Origin: an uncultured Candidatus Planktophila sp.
GTDB lineage: Bacteria > Actinomycetota > Actinomycetes > Nanopelagicales > Nanopelagicaceae
DNA length: 54,927 nt
Assembly: GCA_964349605.1 (NCBI GenBank)
Contig: CAYGHJ010000001.1
Span: 1-54,927, forward strand
Reading direction: 5' to 3'
In this document: one piece after another, positions 6,252 to 17,779 of the stretch
How the letters are laid out: each line of letters opens with the position of its first letter
How positions within the stretch are numbered: position 1 is the first letter of the stretch
Position numbers and translations under genes: made by a program
Notes under the pieces: generated by a model
The model's input: the letters and a program-made list of their open reading frames with translations, nothing else
Told to the model about the DNA's origin: nothing
The model's database searches: none

Positions 6252-7118
6252 TTATTTCTTTTCTAGTAACTCGATCGCTTGCTTGATAATCTCTGGACGA
6301 TAAGCAGTCGTTAATGAAATATGTCCATGGCCTGGGATGATATTCAAGGTTGCAGTTGGAATGTGTTTAGCAAGCCACTCACTGTGGGCTTTCGGAACCA
6401 TAAAATCATCATCACCTTGCCAAACTAGAACGGGTTTTGTAATTGCGCCCAAATCAATTCCAAATTTCTGCACAAACGCCAAATCATCATCAACCCATCC
6501 GTTGAAACTATCTACCACTGCATATCTCATGCCCTCTGCGGCTTCGGCGGCAACTTCAGAAGTAAGGGCTGCTTTATCTGCTTCGCCAATTAACCCACCC
6601 AACGCTGCAATGATCTCTGGACCCGTAATTGTTTTGTAGGAAGATGCATTCTTCACCATCCAGCTTTGAAGAGCGGCTTCACCATTTAGTGCTACACCGA
6701 ATTCATCTTCGTTTTCAGGTCCCATGTCGGCTAAGAAATCTAAATCAGCATGTCCCCATTCGGCTACACCCGCCAAAGTAATTGCAGCCTTGCAGCGAGA
6801 ATCTCGTGTCATGTTGATCGAATGGGGGCCACCGCCCGACCAGCCGATTGCTACAAATTCCTTAATGTGAAAATGATCAAGGATCGCCTGTTGATCAGCT
6901 AAGTCATCAGCAACAGTGCGACCTGAGTGACGATCTGATTTACCGTAACCGGCGCGACTTGCAGCAATTGCTAAGCAGCCAGTGACTTGTGGAAGCCATT
7001 TAACCCACGTCTTAACTGAACCAGGCGTTCCATGGAGAAAGAGGATCGCTTTGTCGCTCTTAACGCCGTTATCTTCATACTCCAGGGTGCGGCCATCGGT
7101 TAACTTTAATTGCTTCAT
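6252..7118 (-). CDS. Alpha/beta-fold hydrolase
   Basis: HGTPGS, GWSGGG nucleophile elbow, GDDDFMVP, GHGH. Confidence 0.9.
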   Translation of the reverse strand: MKQLKLTDGRTLEYEDNGVKSDKAILFLHGTPGSVKTWVKWLPQVTGCLAIAASRAGYGKSDRHSGRTVADDLADQQAILDHFHIKEFVAIGWSGGGPHSINMTRDSRCKAAITLAGVAEWGHADLDFLADMGPENEDEFGVALNGEAALQSWMVKNASSYKTITGPEIIAALGGLIGEADKAALTSEVAAEAAEGMRYAVVDSFNGWVDDDLAFVQKFGIDLGAITKPVLVWQGDDDFMVPKAHSEWLAKHIPTATLNIIPGHGHISLTTAYRPEIIKQAIELLEKK

Positions 7119-7213
7119 GGCAGTGACCTTACTCGAGGATGCTTACGCATTGCCAGATTTGTCAGTGGGTGGTCAGCTCCGTGTTCCAACCCCCGGTTTT
7201 GTACGGATTCTTT

Positions 7214-8080
7214 TCAGGAGGTCCCAGGTGGATTAGCTATTTCATTTGCTGACCATTGAAAGGTCTTACCTGTTAGCTGCTCAAGATCGCGTTTTGAATC
7301 TGCAAATAGCCTGTCTAGGTATTCTCTATCGGCAAGGTCCATTGTGCTGTCTGGTATTTTGGTGAATGTCTTGCGCGAAATCCAATTCTTCGTTGAAGTT
7401 GAAAGATACTTGCGAGATCTAACCCAGCGTACAAAATCTGGATATTTGGAGGCTCGGGCCACATTGATCTTCGGCAATACTAAGTCAAAATCCATATTTT
7501 GAACGGTCTCGGCAGGAAGTAGAAATTCAAGGACTTCCCTTAGGATTTTATTCGGGTTGGTCACCATTTCAGCAAAGTCGATAATTAAAATCTGTTCGCG
7601 TGGGAACTGATCGTAATATGGTTTCAAGTTTATTGCGTAAAAACCTTGCGAGATAACATCACCATAGGGAACTCCTTTGAGCTCTTTGTAATTACGTATG
7701 ACCTTTCCAAAACTCAATGATTTTGAGAGTGCTCCGTTGCGATGTCCATGCAGATGAGCCGAATATGCCCGATCGGCAGGATCTCGCAATATCGCAATAA
7801 TTTTCATCTTTGGAAATTGTTGGGCAATTCTTGCTGCAGCTTTGTCGCTTGCAAGATAGCTGGGCGATTTTTCTCCGACAACTTGGTTCGGGTGTGCTTC
7901 CGAGAAAATTGATAGATATTGGGCAAAGCCATCAGGATTGTTATATTTATAGTCCCTACTCCAGAATTGGCACTCCTGCTTTGCAACGAAGAAATATTCG
8001 GGGTTACGCTCAAGGAATCTCATCAGGCTTGAAGTGCCGGCCTTTTGTGCACCAATGATTAAAAAATCAATTTTCTGCAT
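7214..8080 (-). CDS. Sulfotransferase-family protein
   Basis: IIGAQKAGTSSL PAPS-binding loop, EKSPSY, LRDPADRAYS. Confidence 0.9.
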   Translation of the reverse strand: MQKIDFLIIGAQKAGTSSLMRFLERNPEYFFVAKQECQFWSRDYKYNNPDGFAQYLSIFSEAHPNQVVGEKSPSYLASDKAAARIAQQFPKMKIIAILRDPADRAYSAHLHGHRNGALSKSLSFGKVIRNYKELKGVPYGDVISQGFYAINLKPYYDQFPREQILIIDFAEMVTNPNKILREVLEFLLPAETVQNMDFDLVLPKINVARASKYPDFVRWVRSRKYLSTSTKNWISRKTFTKIPDSTMDLADREYLDRLFADSKRDLEQLTGKTFQWSANEIANPPGTS

Positions 8081-8335
8081 TATCTGACACTAGAGCAGTT
8101 AGAAGATTTCTCTGCGGTATTGAGTAGAAGTCCCACCTTTGACAGAGATTCCACATGATGAGCAGTAAATTCACAGGGAACTCACCAATACTCACGCTTG
8201 TCGTCAAAGTAAGAAGCCTTCATTTGCATCTATTATTGGAAATTGGCTTACCAAAAGTCGGTGCAAACCCACTAGATCGACAATGGATTCCTTCAAACTT
8301 AAAGCCAGCAAGTAGATGCGAGCTTCAGCGCCGGC

Positions 8336-9172
8336 GTGGAATCAGAATTGTCAGTGCCCCTATTTACTCTTCTGGATATGAGGAATATTCGGCTGGGTGC
8401 AAGCCTTATCGGTTTTTCGATCTTTGCGCTATTGCTACTTCGTTATGTGCCCGAACTGTGGAGCGATGACCAGCACTTTGCCAACTCGACCTTTAGTTAT
8501 GTTGTACTTGGATTAGTTTTCTACGTCGCGGTCTATTTTTTGGGCTTACCTTCACTGGAATATTTTCGATTACCGCGCATTCATTACAAGACTCTGGTTG
8601 CCGTGTTGGTGGCTTTAACTTTTGTTAGCCTCGAATTCAGAGGATCTGAAGAGCTGCAGGTGAAAGGGTTAGTGGCAGTCGGTGGTGTGGCTTTTTTGCT
8701 AGCTATCGGATTTGGTGAAGAGATGGTTTCTCGTGCATTTACTTTTGGAATCTTGCATAAATTCGGAGACTTGATCGCTATCTCAATTTCATCTGCCTTT
8801 TTTGGGTTGATGCATTTAAATCGTTATCTCGGTGCAGATTGGGATCCCTGGGAGGCTTATTGGCATGTGGTGAGTGCTGCTGCCTTCGGGGTATTCGCCT
8901 GTTCATTGATGATTGTGACGAGAAGTATCTGGCTTGCCGTTATATTTCACGGCCTCAGTAATTGGAGCATCGTCTTTGCCGCTCCACCGGAATCCTCATC
9001 GGGCAGACAGGATTGGGGCGTGAGTTTCTGGGAGGGCTTTACTCTGCCGTTGGGGAGTGCTGGACTCTATATTGGATCCGCACTGGTCTTACTCATGCTA
9101 AATCGGGGCTCGGTTCCAATCTGGATCTATCGATTGGCGCTCAGATGGAAATTAGTCAGCTCCAACGCTTAA
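8336..9172 (+). CDS. CPBP (Abi/CAAX) intramembrane metalloprotease
   Basis: EEMVSR, FGLMH and HGLSN motifs; hydrophobic; true start may be the ATG at 8378. Confidence 0.85.
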   Translation: MESELSVPLFTLLDMRNIRLGASLIGFSIFALLLLRYVPELWSDDQHFANSTFSYVVLGLVFYVAVYFLGLPSLEYFRLPRIHYKTLVAVLVALTFVSLEFRGSEELQVKGLVAVGGVAFLLAIGFGEEMVSRAFTFGILHKFGDLIAISISSAFFGLMHLNRYLGADWDPWEAYWHVVSAAAFGVFACSLMIVTRSIWLAVIFHGLSNWSIVFAAPPESSSGRQDWGVSFWEGFTLPLGSAGLYIGSALVLLMLNRGSVPIWIYRLALRWKLVSSNA

Positions 9173-9340
9173 GCATTCTTGGTTGGAGAGGCGAGAAATA
9201 CTAGATTTACAATAGGAACGATAACAAACCAGCCACTTCGTCCGACATCGTGCATTCGACGAATGGCTACGGTTAAGTATGGAATGAATATTGCAATGCT
9301 CACTATCAAATCTATGAGGTCACTAAAAATTAGTGATGAG
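9169..9340 (-). pseudogene. DUF805 (YhaH-like) membrane protein fragment
   Basis: Own translation ...IFIPYLTVAIRRMHDVGRSGWFVIVPIVNLVFLASPTKNA*; no room or ATG for the N-terminal half. Confidence 0.65.
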
Positions 9341-9353
9341 TGAAGTGCCGCGA

Positions 9354-10751
9354 TTACTTTTTAAAGGTTGGGTTCAAAACTCCTAGATCTAAAACTCGTT
9401 CAATTTGAGAAAGTGCAGTTACTAAACGCAGCTCATCATGGGCTCGTGCAACAACACCTAGCCCGACGGGCAAGCCTTCGCAGATTCCCATAGGGACCGT
9501 GCCAATCGGGGCACCAGTGATTGCAGGTGCCATTGTGATCCACGAGTTATCGCCATAACTATCTCCCTGACCCAAATCGCTTAGCCAGGCCGGTGAGTAT
9601 GTTGCACCAATTAATACATCGGCTTGAGTAAATCCCTTATCCAAAGTTTTCTGGGCCCACATTAGATTGCGCGAGCGCTTTGTTTCATAATCGCTATTTC
9701 GCCCGCCAAGTGTCAACGCCTTTTCAAATAACTCTTGACCAAAGAATTTTAGTTCAACCTCTTCGTGAACACGATTATAGGCAACAACATCGGCCAAGGA
9801 TTTTAAGGTTGTATCGGCGCGTAGTGAAAGATAAGAACCCATTTCATCAAAGAGCTCGTGCAGTAGAACTTCATACTCATCATTGCCGGTTTCATCGGCT
9901 GGTGGCTCTAACTCAACATCAATTAGTGTGGCTCCGGCTTTAGATAGTTTCGAAAGCGCAGATTCAAATATCGCATCAGTAGCGCTATGACCAGTTAGCC
10001 AGGATCGTACGACTCCAATTCTCAAACTCCGGGACCCGTCGGTTGCTGCGACTAAGCCTGTGGTTGCGCTCATGATTTCTAACAGCAACGCGGCATCTCT
10101 TACCGTGCGCGCCAATGGCCCGGGTGAATCTTGACTAGAACTAATTGGAACAATGCCTTGTGTTGGTACAGCTCCAACTGTCGGTTTTATTCCGATACAA
10201 CCGTTCAGAGATGCGGGGCAGATAATCGAACCATCGGTTTCAGTTCCAACTGCTAATGAAACTAGACCTGCGGCGATTGCGGCGCCTGAGCCAGATGATG
10301 AGCCGCCGGCGCTATGTGAGTGAATCCATGGATTAGCAGTTAAGCCACCGACCGCCGACCATCCGCTGGTTGATTTCGTGGATCTAATATTTGCCCACTC
10401 AGATAAATTAGTCGATGCAATAATGTTGGCGCCGGCAGCGCGCAAGCGCTTAGTTAGAGGTGAGTCTTGAACAACCATGTGGTCTAGAAGCGCGGTCGAT
10501 CCTGCAGTTCCTGGTAATCCCACGGCCTCGATATTGTCTTTAATTACAATCGGTAACCCCGCAAGCGGAGAATTAACATCAAAAACTCTGTCGTTATCTT
10601 TTATCGCAATGGCGAGAATTGAGTTGAGCTCATATCCCGTCGTATCAATCTCCTCGATTCGATTAAGTGCCTCAGCTAAAAGTTGGGCTGGTGATGTTAT
10701 CCCCTTGCGTACATCATTAATTGAATCCGTTGCCGAACGCGCAAAATCCAT
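9354..10751 (-). CDS. Amidase-signature family protein
   Basis: IKDNI, GGSSSGSG, GTETDGSIICPAS. Confidence 0.9.
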   Translation of the reverse strand: MDFARSATDSINDVRKGITSPAQLLAEALNRIEEIDTTGYELNSILAIAIKDNDRVFDVNSPLAGLPIVIKDNIEAVGLPGTAGSTALLDHMVVQDSPLTKRLRAAGANIIASTNLSEWANIRSTKSTSGWSAVGGLTANPWIHSHSAGGSSSGSGAAIAAGLVSLAVGTETDGSIICPASLNGCIGIKPTVGAVPTQGIVPISSSQDSPGPLARTVRDAALLLEIMSATTGLVAATDGSRSLRIGVVRSWLTGHSATDAIFESALSKLSKAGATLIDVELEPPADETGNDEYEVLLHELFDEMGSYLSLRADTTLKSLADVVAYNRVHEEVELKFFGQELFEKALTLGGRNSDYETKRSRNLMWAQKTLDKGFTQADVLIGATYSPAWLSDLGQGDSYGDNSWITMAPAITGAPIGTVPMGICEGLPVGLGVVARAHDELRLVTALSQIERVLDLGVLNPTFKK

Positions 10752-10989
10752 TTACGAAGGTTAGCGGCTTTACTCTAGATCAGGCGATAACCAACTGAGC
10801 GGACCGCTGAAATCGCGCGTGGACCGCCAGCATTGAGGATTTTTATTCGAAAGCGTGATGCATGTGTATCTAGTAAGTGCCCGCTCGTGAACTCTGCTGA
10901 AATACCAATTGTTTGGCTAACTTGCGCTCAATATCTCGTACCTCACAAGTAGTTCAGGTTTCTAACGCGGGTGTGAACCATTCAACAAT

Positions 10990-11991
10990 TTAATCAACGA
11001 CCCAGGTATCCCCTGAATGAAGGAGTTTCTCCAAATCCCCTGCACCTTGTGCCTGGATGACGCTGGCTAACTGATCATTGACCATCGCCGAATAGCCAGC
11101 TCTGACCACATCTCGAAAAGTACCTATCGGGGTGTGCTCGAGGTCTGAGCCAGAGAGACGAGAGAGGGCAAAGGCATAGGAGGGATCTGGATCGTGAGCA
11201 TCATGAATAACGAGTTGAGACTCATCAACTGAGTTCAACTCAACTAACTTCAGCGATGCCCCATCTCGAATCACACCAAAAGTAGAGGATTTAATGGGTT
11301 GACCATGGACCATCTGGAGCAGAGAGCCCTCTTTAGTTTCATTGTCTTTGACTTGATCAAATGCGCCATCGTTAAAGATTGGGCAGTTTTGATAAATCTC
11401 GATTAAGGCAGAGCCTTTATGAGCTGCGGCCTGTCGCAAGGTTTCTGTTAGGTGTTTGCGATCACTATCGATAGTGCGTGCCACAAAAGTTGCCTCTGCG
11501 CCTATGGCAAGTGAGACTGGATTAAATGGAGTATCGAGTGAGCCATATGGCGTGGACTTTGTAATCTTTCCCTGCTCACTGGCTGGGGAGTATTGACCCT
11601 TAGTTAAACCGTAGATTCGGTTATTAAATAGCAAAATCTTTAACTCCACGTTACGGCGAAGTGCGTGAATTAAGTGATTGCCACCAATTGATAGGGCGTC
11701 ACCGTCCCCAGTTATTACAAAGACGGTCAAATCTGGTCGGCTGATCGCCAGCCCCGATGCAATTGCTGGAGCACGTCCATGGATTGAGTGCATCCCAAAT
11801 GTATTGAGGTAATAAGGAAAGCGCGATGAGCAACCAATGCCTGAGATAAAGACGATATTTTCACGCGGGATTCCCAACTCAGGCAAAAATGCCTGCATCG
11901 TGGAAAGTACCGAGTAATCACCGCAACCAGGACACCAACGAACCTCTTGATCTGACGTGAAGTCTTTCTTCGTAAGTGCGACATCAGTCAT
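10990..11991 (-). CDS. korB: 2-oxoacid:ferredoxin oxidoreductase beta subunit
   Basis: WCPGCGD, GIGCSSR, GDGDALSIGGNH TPP-binding motif. Confidence 0.92.
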   Translation of the reverse strand: MTDVALTKKDFTSDQEVRWCPGCGDYSVLSTMQAFLPELGIPRENIVFISGIGCSSRFPYYLNTFGMHSIHGRAPAIASGLAISRPDLTVFVITGDGDALSIGGNHLIHALRRNVELKILLFNNRIYGLTKGQYSPASEQGKITKSTPYGSLDTPFNPVSLAIGAEATFVARTIDSDRKHLTETLRQAAAHKGSALIEIYQNCPIFNDGAFDQVKDNETKEGSLLQMVHGQPIKSSTFGVIRDGASLKLVELNSVDESQLVIHDAHDPDPSYAFALSRLSGSDLEHTPIGTFRDVVRAGYSAMVNDQLASVIQAQGAGDLEKLLHSGDTWVVD

Positions 11992-13816
11992 TATGAAGTA
12001 CCCCCATTGCAGCTTCGACTAGTTCGGCCGTTGTAAATGGCAGACCTCGTACCATGTTGTAGCCCACGATATCCTTTAAATACTTTGATCGAAGCAGCAT
12101 TGCTAACTGCCCTAAATTCATTTCAGGTGTTATTACCGTTTCATACTTCTCGAGTACGGCTCCTAAATTCTTAGGAAATGGGTTTATATATTTAAGGTGA
12201 GCTTGGGCGATTTTCTCACCATTGTTGCGAAGCTCCTCAACGGCCGATGCAATTGGGCCATACGTTGAACCCCAACCAAGGAACAAAACCTTTGCATCAC
12301 CTGTTGCATCATCGACTTCGATATCTGGAACTTCGATCCCATCGATTTTAGCTTGGCGGGTACGCACCATAAAATCATGATTGGCCGGCTCATAGTTAAT
12401 CTCACCGGTTTTATCTTGCTTTTCGATGCCTCCGATACGGTGTTCGATTCCGGCAGTACCAGGAATCGCCCAGGGTCGTGCAAGAGTTTCTGAATTTCTC
12501 TCATAGGGAAGAAAATTCTCTTGGCTCTTGGCAAATCCGATATCAATTGCTGGCAAGGTTGCAACATCTGGAATCTTCCACGGCTCTGAGCCGTTAGCAA
12601 TATATCCATCGGATAATAAAAATACCGGAACCCGATATGTCGTCGCTATTCGCACCGCCTCCATTGCCATGGTGAAGCAGTCACTAGGAGTTGATGCGGC
12701 AATTACGGCAGCTGGTGATTCACCGTTTCGCCCGAACATAACCTGTAAGAGATCTGCCTGCTCCGTCTTAGTTGGCAATCCAGTGGATGGGCCGCCACGC
12801 TGAACATCGATAATGATTAACGGCAACTCCAACATAACGCCAAGACCAATCATCTCGCTCTTTAGCGCTACACCTGGACCGGAGGTAGTCGTTACACCTA
12901 GGGCTCCTCCGTATGAGGCGCCAAGTGCTGAACCGACTGCAGCAATCTCGTCTTCGGCCTGGAAAGTAATTACGCCAAATTTTTTATGCTTTGAAAGTTC
13001 ATGCAAAATATCGGACGCGGGAGTGATGGGATAAGAACCAAGAAATAGTTTTAACCCACTTTGTTGCGATGCAGCGATTAATCCATATGCAAGTGCGATA
13101 TTTCCTCCGATATTTCGATACTTTCCAGGAGGCATATGTGCAGGTGCAACTTCATATGAGGTTGCAAAGTCTTCACTTGTTTCGCCGTAGTTCCATCCGG
13201 TGCGATATGCGATTAAATTTGCCTCTAAAATATCTGGCTTCTTAGCAAACTTTGCCTTTAGAAACGCCTCTGTTGCATCGGTTGGTCGGTGATACATCCA
13301 GGAAAGCAGTCCGAGTGCGAACATATTTTTTGCACGCTCGGCCTCTTTGCGTGAGAGTGGAAGCTCTGATAGCGCCGATACAGTCATTGAAGTAAGTGCA
13401 ACTGGATGAATCTTGTAACTACTTAAAGTTCCATCTTCTAAAGGATTAGTCAGGTAACCAACTTTATTTAAGTTGCGAGTTGTAAACTCATCTTTATCGA
13501 CGATGATTGTCGCTCCGCGCGGAATGTCCTTGATGTTGGCTTTCAATGCCGCTGGATTCATAGCTACTAATACATCAGGGGCATCGCCTGCAGTTCGCAC
13601 ATGATGATCGGCGAAGTGAAGTTGAAATGAAGATACTCCAGGAAGAGTGCCTTGCGGAGCACGAATCTCTGCAGGAAAGTTCGGCAAAGTTGAAATATCA
13701 TTTCCTAAACTGGCAGTATCCATTGTGAAGCGATCGCCGGTTAACTGCATTCCATCTCCACTGTCACCAGCAAATCGGATAATTACGGATTTGACGGCGA
13801 CAGTTGGTTTGCTCAT
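11984..13816 (-). CDS. korA: 2-oxoacid:ferredoxin oxidoreductase alpha subunit
   Basis: FAGDSGDGMQL, YPITPAS, QAEDEIA; start taken at MSKPT (13816). Confidence 0.92.
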   Translation of the reverse strand: MSKPTVAVKSVIIRFAGDSGDGMQLTGDRFTMDTASLGNDISTLPNFPAEIRAPQGTLPGVSSFQLHFADHHVRTAGDAPDVLVAMNPAALKANIKDIPRGATIIVDKDEFTTRNLNKVGYLTNPLEDGTLSSYKIHPVALTSMTVSALSELPLSRKEAERAKNMFALGLLSWMYHRPTDATEAFLKAKFAKKPDILEANLIAYRTGWNYGETSEDFATSYEVAPAHMPPGKYRNIGGNIALAYGLIAASQQSGLKLFLGSYPITPASDILHELSKHKKFGVITFQAEDEIAAVGSALGASYGGALGVTTTSGPGVALKSEMIGLGVMLELPLIIIDVQRGGPSTGLPTKTEQADLLQVMFGRNGESPAAVIAASTPSDCFTMAMEAVRIATTYRVPVFLLSDGYIANGSEPWKIPDVATLPAIDIGFAKSQENFLPYERNSETLARPWAIPGTAGIEHRIGGIEKQDKTGEINYEPANHDFMVRTRQAKIDGIEVPDIEVDDATGDAKVLFLGWGSTYGPIASAVEELRNNGEKIAQAHLKYINPFPKNLGAVLEKYETVITPEMNLGQLAMLLRSKYLKDIVGYNMVRGLPFTTAELVEAAMGVLHND

Positions 13817-13917
13817 GAGTGATATCTTGCCACCGCAGCGCCTGCCGGTCATTAGTTTTGGAGCATCTCATAGGTCACGTTTTTCACACTCTTCAGGGTT
13901 AGCCCTCTTTTATGCCC

Positions 13918-15117
13918 CTACCTTCTAAAGAATCTCCTTATGCGCCTAAAAATAACCTTTCCAAAGGCGTTAAGGTGGCTATGGATTGGGATTTTCAAAA
14001 CTTTGGCCGATGCTGGCTCATCAGGTGTAACAACTTCGCGAAGTGATGGTGAGCTTTGGTCGAGTGAGTCGGCGATGAGTTCGATGTTAGCTACCATTGA
14101 AATTCCCCGAACTATCTGTTCTTGATCAGCATCCTTGGCATCTAAAATGAGCACTTCGGCTAATGCCGAACCCGCCTCTCGGGCATCGCTCGTAGCGCTC
14201 TGGTGCGAATCTTCTGAACTAAGTGTTTCATCCTCAAACTTAGATGAGATTGCATAGCTTGCCGCAGATAAGGCAACGGCTATCGCTTTTTGAGTTGAAT
14301 CGGCGATTCCACCTTTGACCGCTGAATCAAACAACGTTCGGGCAATTGTTCGAATTTCTACAACTGTATGTTCCAGTGCGATACCTTGAATATATATCTC
14401 TTCTGCCTCATCTTTCTTAGCAGTTGAGAACCAGCGCGCATGTCCTCGTGCTTCAACTGACTGAGCACGGATAATTGGAATCTCCTCATTGAGAAGTCGG
14501 GCTTTAGCCAGCCAATTTCCCGCCTCTTTTTGTGTATATCCCGAGGCAACGCCTTCAGACATAGTTGCCAGTAAAGCAGCTGCCTTTACGCTCACCGATT
14601 TAATTTGATCCAAAGAGCGGTCAATAGGAGTTTTGTGGTGAGAAAAATATGAAAAGAAGATAGCAATTGTCGCGCCAATGAGCGTCGAGCCAAGTCGATG
14701 CAAGGCTGTGCTCTCCGGTAAACCTGGGCTAATGACTATGAGCGCTGTGACTGGAACATTGATTGATGCCACTTCACCTAGGTGTAGTGCGCGAGCAACT
14801 ACTGCGCACATAATTATTGTGATTCCAACTGAGATAAAACCAAAATCAAAGATTGCTACTGCAGTAAGGGCCACACTCGCACCGATGGCCGTACCAACAA
14901 TTTGACCGAGGCCTTCACGAAGTGATTTGTGGAGTGAGATACGTATGCTTAACGTGCAGACAATCGCGGCGACAACTCCTCCATTTGTAATGAGTAAATC
15001 ACCCACTTGCCAAGCCGTTGCTCCTGCCAGACCAGCAACTGAAATCTGCCTAACCCATGTTTTACGCTCGGTAAAAAGTGCGAAAACCCTTCTCACAAAG
15101 CCAGTTTTCTCAACCAT
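13918..15117 (-). CDS. FUSC/aromatic acid exporter family membrane protein
   Basis: N-terminal TM block ending RLGSTLIGATIA followed by a helical soluble domain. Confidence 0.65.
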   Translation of the reverse strand: MVEKTGFVRRVFALFTERKTWVRQISVAGLAGATAWQVGDLLITNGGVVAAIVCTLSIRISLHKSLREGLGQIVGTAIGASVALTAVAIFDFGFISVGITIIMCAVVARALHLGEVASINVPVTALIVISPGLPESTALHRLGSTLIGATIAIFFSYFSHHKTPIDRSLDQIKSVSVKAAALLATMSEGVASGYTQKEAGNWLAKARLLNEEIPIIRAQSVEARGHARWFSTAKKDEAEEIYIQGIALEHTVVEIRTIARTLFDSAVKGGIADSTQKAIAVALSAASYAISSKFEDETLSSEDSHQSATSDAREAGSALAEVLILDAKDADQEQIVRGISMVANIELIADSLDQSSPSLREVVTPDEPASAKVLKIPIHSHLNAFGKVIFRRIRRFFRR

Positions 15118-15228
15118 GGTGCACTAACGCAAAGTTCGAATCAATGGATGAGGGATGTGGAGTGCGTTCGACTGCACAGACAATCGATGCAGGCAAAGCA
15201 GCACATGCCACTGCATACGCTCTTAATC

Positions 15229-16062
15229 TCATGGTTCAGAGGGTAAATAATGTTTAGCGATGCCATCTCGCGCAAAAGCTAGAAGCGTCAAACCGAATTC
15301 GGCTGCCAGGTCCACAGCCAATGAGGTGGGAGCGCTGACTCCGACAATTGCTGATATTCCAGCGCAAATAGATTTCTGTACTAACTCATATCCGATACGT
15401 CCTGATACAACTAAAGTCCAATCACTCAAAGGAATTTTGTCATCCATAAGCGCGGCACCAATTACTTTATCAACTGCGTTATGACGACCAACATCCTCGC
15501 GAACCCATATGGGCTCCCCTTTCGGATTAACCAAGAGCGCTGCATGCAGACCACCCGTTTTTTCAAATATGAGCTGGCGCCCATTTAGAAGCAGTGACAT
15601 TGCTGCTAACTCCTGTTTGCTGTGGCGCGAAGGTGAAACTTTAGTTATGCCTCGCTTGTGCAAATCGGAAATACTAGTAGATCCACATACCCCACAAGCA
15701 GATGTGATTGTAAATCTTCGTTCTAAAATTCGGTTTGGCTCATTTGAATTTTGCACAGCTTCTGCAATTACTACATTGGCGCGCTCTCGTGGAGAAAGCG
15801 ATTTGTCTCCACAGACTTTGACACTTACTAACTCTTCACGCGACTTAAGAAAGCCCTCACCCCAAAGGAAACCTGCTGCAAGCTCTAGGTCATTGCCGGG
15901 GGTACGCATTGTGATTCCGAGTTGGTCTTCGTTTTCGCCACGTTTAAGGCGGATTTCAAGGGGCTCTTCCACTACTACGGAGTCAGAAGTTGAAGCAGTT
16001 GAATCTGTTCTTTGTACTCTTACCTTTGCAATCGATGAAGGCGCAATCTCATTACTTAACAT
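15229..16062 (-). CDS. fdhD: Formate dehydrogenase accessory sulfurtransferase
   Basis: [39 protein letters not shown]. Confidence 0.95.
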   Translation of the reverse strand: MLSNEIAPSSIAKVRVQRTDSTASTSDSVVVEEPLEIRLKRGENEDQLGITMRTPGNDLELAAGFLWGEGFLKSREELVSVKVCGDKSLSPRERANVVIAEAVQNSNEPNRILERRFTITSACGVCGSTSISDLHKRGITKVSPSRHSKQELAAMSLLLNGRQLIFEKTGGLHAALLVNPKGEPIWVREDVGRHNAVDKVIGAALMDDKIPLSDWTLVVSGRIGYELVQKSICAGISAIVGVSAPTSLAVDLAAEFGLTLLAFARDGIAKHYLPSEP

Positions 16063-17707
16063 GACGGTAGAACTCTACGTTCTCTGGAGGCAAAGGGCTC
16101 TTGCCGAGAATCAAATCGGCGGCCTTTTCTGCCACCATCATCACGGGTGCATATATATTGCCATTTGTGACATATGGAAAAACCGATGCATCACAGACTC
16201 TTAGCCCCGAAACTCCGTGGACCTTCATAGTCAATGGATCTACAACTGACATCGAATCAGTACCCATCTTTGCCGTGCACGATGGATGCAAAGCAGTTTC
16301 AGCATCCTTGCGCACCCACTCAAGAATTTCGGCATCAGTTGTGACCGAACTTCCAGGTGATGATTCACCTGCGTTGTAGTCATTCATAGCAGGCTGGGTC
16401 AAAATTGTGCGGGCCACTTTTACCGCTTCGATCCATTCACGGCGATCTTGATCAGTGGATAGATAGTTAAACTGCATAGCGGGCTTTTCAAATGGGTTAG
16501 AGCTTTTGATTTTTAACCAGCCACGCGAGTCGGAATACATGGGACCAACGTGAACTTGATAGCCATGTCCGCGAGTATCTCCAGTTCCGTCATAGCGAAT
16601 TGCAAGGGGCAGGAAATGAAACATCAGATTGGGATAAGTGACTTCATCATTGCTGCGGGTAAATCCACCAGCCTCAAATTGATTTGTGGCACCTGGACCT
16701 TTGCGAAAAAATAGCCACGCTGCTCCTATAAATGGCCTGCGCCAAAACTGAGTTATTGGTTGTTGCGTGACGGGTAACTTACATTTGTACTGTACGTAGA
16801 CCTCAAGGTGATCTTGTAGGTTAGCTCCGACGCCAGGCAGATTGTGTACCATCTTTATGCCAAGTGGAGTTAAATCCTTTTCATTGCCAATTCCAGAAAG
16901 CTGCAGAATCTGCGGTGTGTTTATAGCACCACCACATAAAACAACTTCACGCGATGAAAAAATCTTTTTCTTACCTTTAATCATCACTTCAACACCCGTT
17001 GCCGTAGTTCCATCGAAAAGGACTTTGGTGACATGAGCCCGTGTTTTGATAGTTAAATTTGAGCGCTTCATAGCTGGATATAAGTAGGCACGTGCAGCAC
17101 TTAAACGTCGACCACGATAAACATTTCGGTCAAAGGCGGCAAAACCCTCTTGGCGATAGCCATTTACATCATCGGTTCGTGGGTATCCAGCTTGTTCGGT
17201 GGCCTTAAAGAAAGCGGCAAATAATGGACCTTTGACCGGACCGCGCTCTAACTTAAGGGGGCCATTGTTTCCTCTAAAGATATTGTTCTGATCGGCTAAA
17301 GTATTTTCCATCTTCTTAAAATAGGGCAGACAGTGGGCATAATCCCAACTACTCATTCCCGCATCGCGTGACCAACGTTCGTAATCCATTGGATTTCCGC
17401 GTTGCCAAATCTGGCCATTGATGGATGAAGATCCACCCAAAACTTTTCCGCGGGCGTGGTAAATGCGGCGATTGTTCATGTGTGGTTCCGGCTCGGACTC
17501 ATACATCCAGTCGTAATGTTTATTTCCGATCGGAAAAGCTAAAGCTGCAGGCATATGTATAAAAACATCCCATTTGTAATCCGGGCGGCCAGCTTCAAGG
17601 ACCAAAACTTTGTTGGAAGGGTCTTCACTTAATCGGTTAGCTAAAGCGCTTCCCGCAGATCCTCCACCAACGATGATGTAGTCATACGTGGATTCCATGT
17701 CGCTCAC
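16052..17707 (-). CDS. betA: Choline dehydrogenase
   Basis: GMC oxidoreductase motifs [27 protein letters not shown]; lies in the betaine operon. Confidence 0.92.
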   Translation of the reverse strand: MSDMESTYDYIIVGGGSAGSALANRLSEDPSNKVLVLEAGRPDYKWDVFIHMPAALAFPIGNKHYDWMYESEPEPHMNNRRIYHARGKVLGGSSSINGQIWQRGNPMDYERWSRDAGMSSWDYAHCLPYFKKMENTLADQNNIFRGNNGPLKLERGPVKGPLFAAFFKATEQAGYPRTDDVNGYRQEGFAAFDRNVYRGRRLSAARAYLYPAMKRSNLTIKTRAHVTKVLFDGTTATGVEVMIKGKKKIFSSREVVLCGGAINTPQILQLSGIGNEKDLTPLGIKMVHNLPGVGANLQDHLEVYVQYKCKLPVTQQPITQFWRRPFIGAAWLFFRKGPGATNQFEAGGFTRSNDEVTYPNLMFHFLPLAIRYDGTGDTRGHGYQVHVGPMYSDSRGWLKIKSSNPFEKPAMQFNYLSTDQDRREWIEAVKVARTILTQPAMNDYNAGESSPGSSVTTDAEILEWVRKDAETALHPSCTAKMGTDSMSVVDPLTMKVHGVSGLRVCDASVFPYVTNGNIYAPVMMVAEKAADLILGKSPLPPENVEFYRHVK

Positions 17708-17716
17708 TCTACTAAT

Positions 17717-17762
17717 AAAACAACGCCTGTACTTAGTGATTTCTCACTAGGTACAGGCGTTG
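17717..17762 (-). terminator. Long hairpin after the SBP gene (terminator or stabiliser)
   Basis: CAACGCCTGTACTTAGTGA-TTTC-TCACTAGGTACAGGCGTTG, followed by TTTT on the minus strand. Confidence 0.7.
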
Positions 17763-17779
17763 CTTCTATGTATTGAGAG

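Noticed and set aside
10752..10989. Long intergenic region between the amidase gene and korB
   Set aside because: No convincing ORF, repeat or RNA structure was visible by eye.
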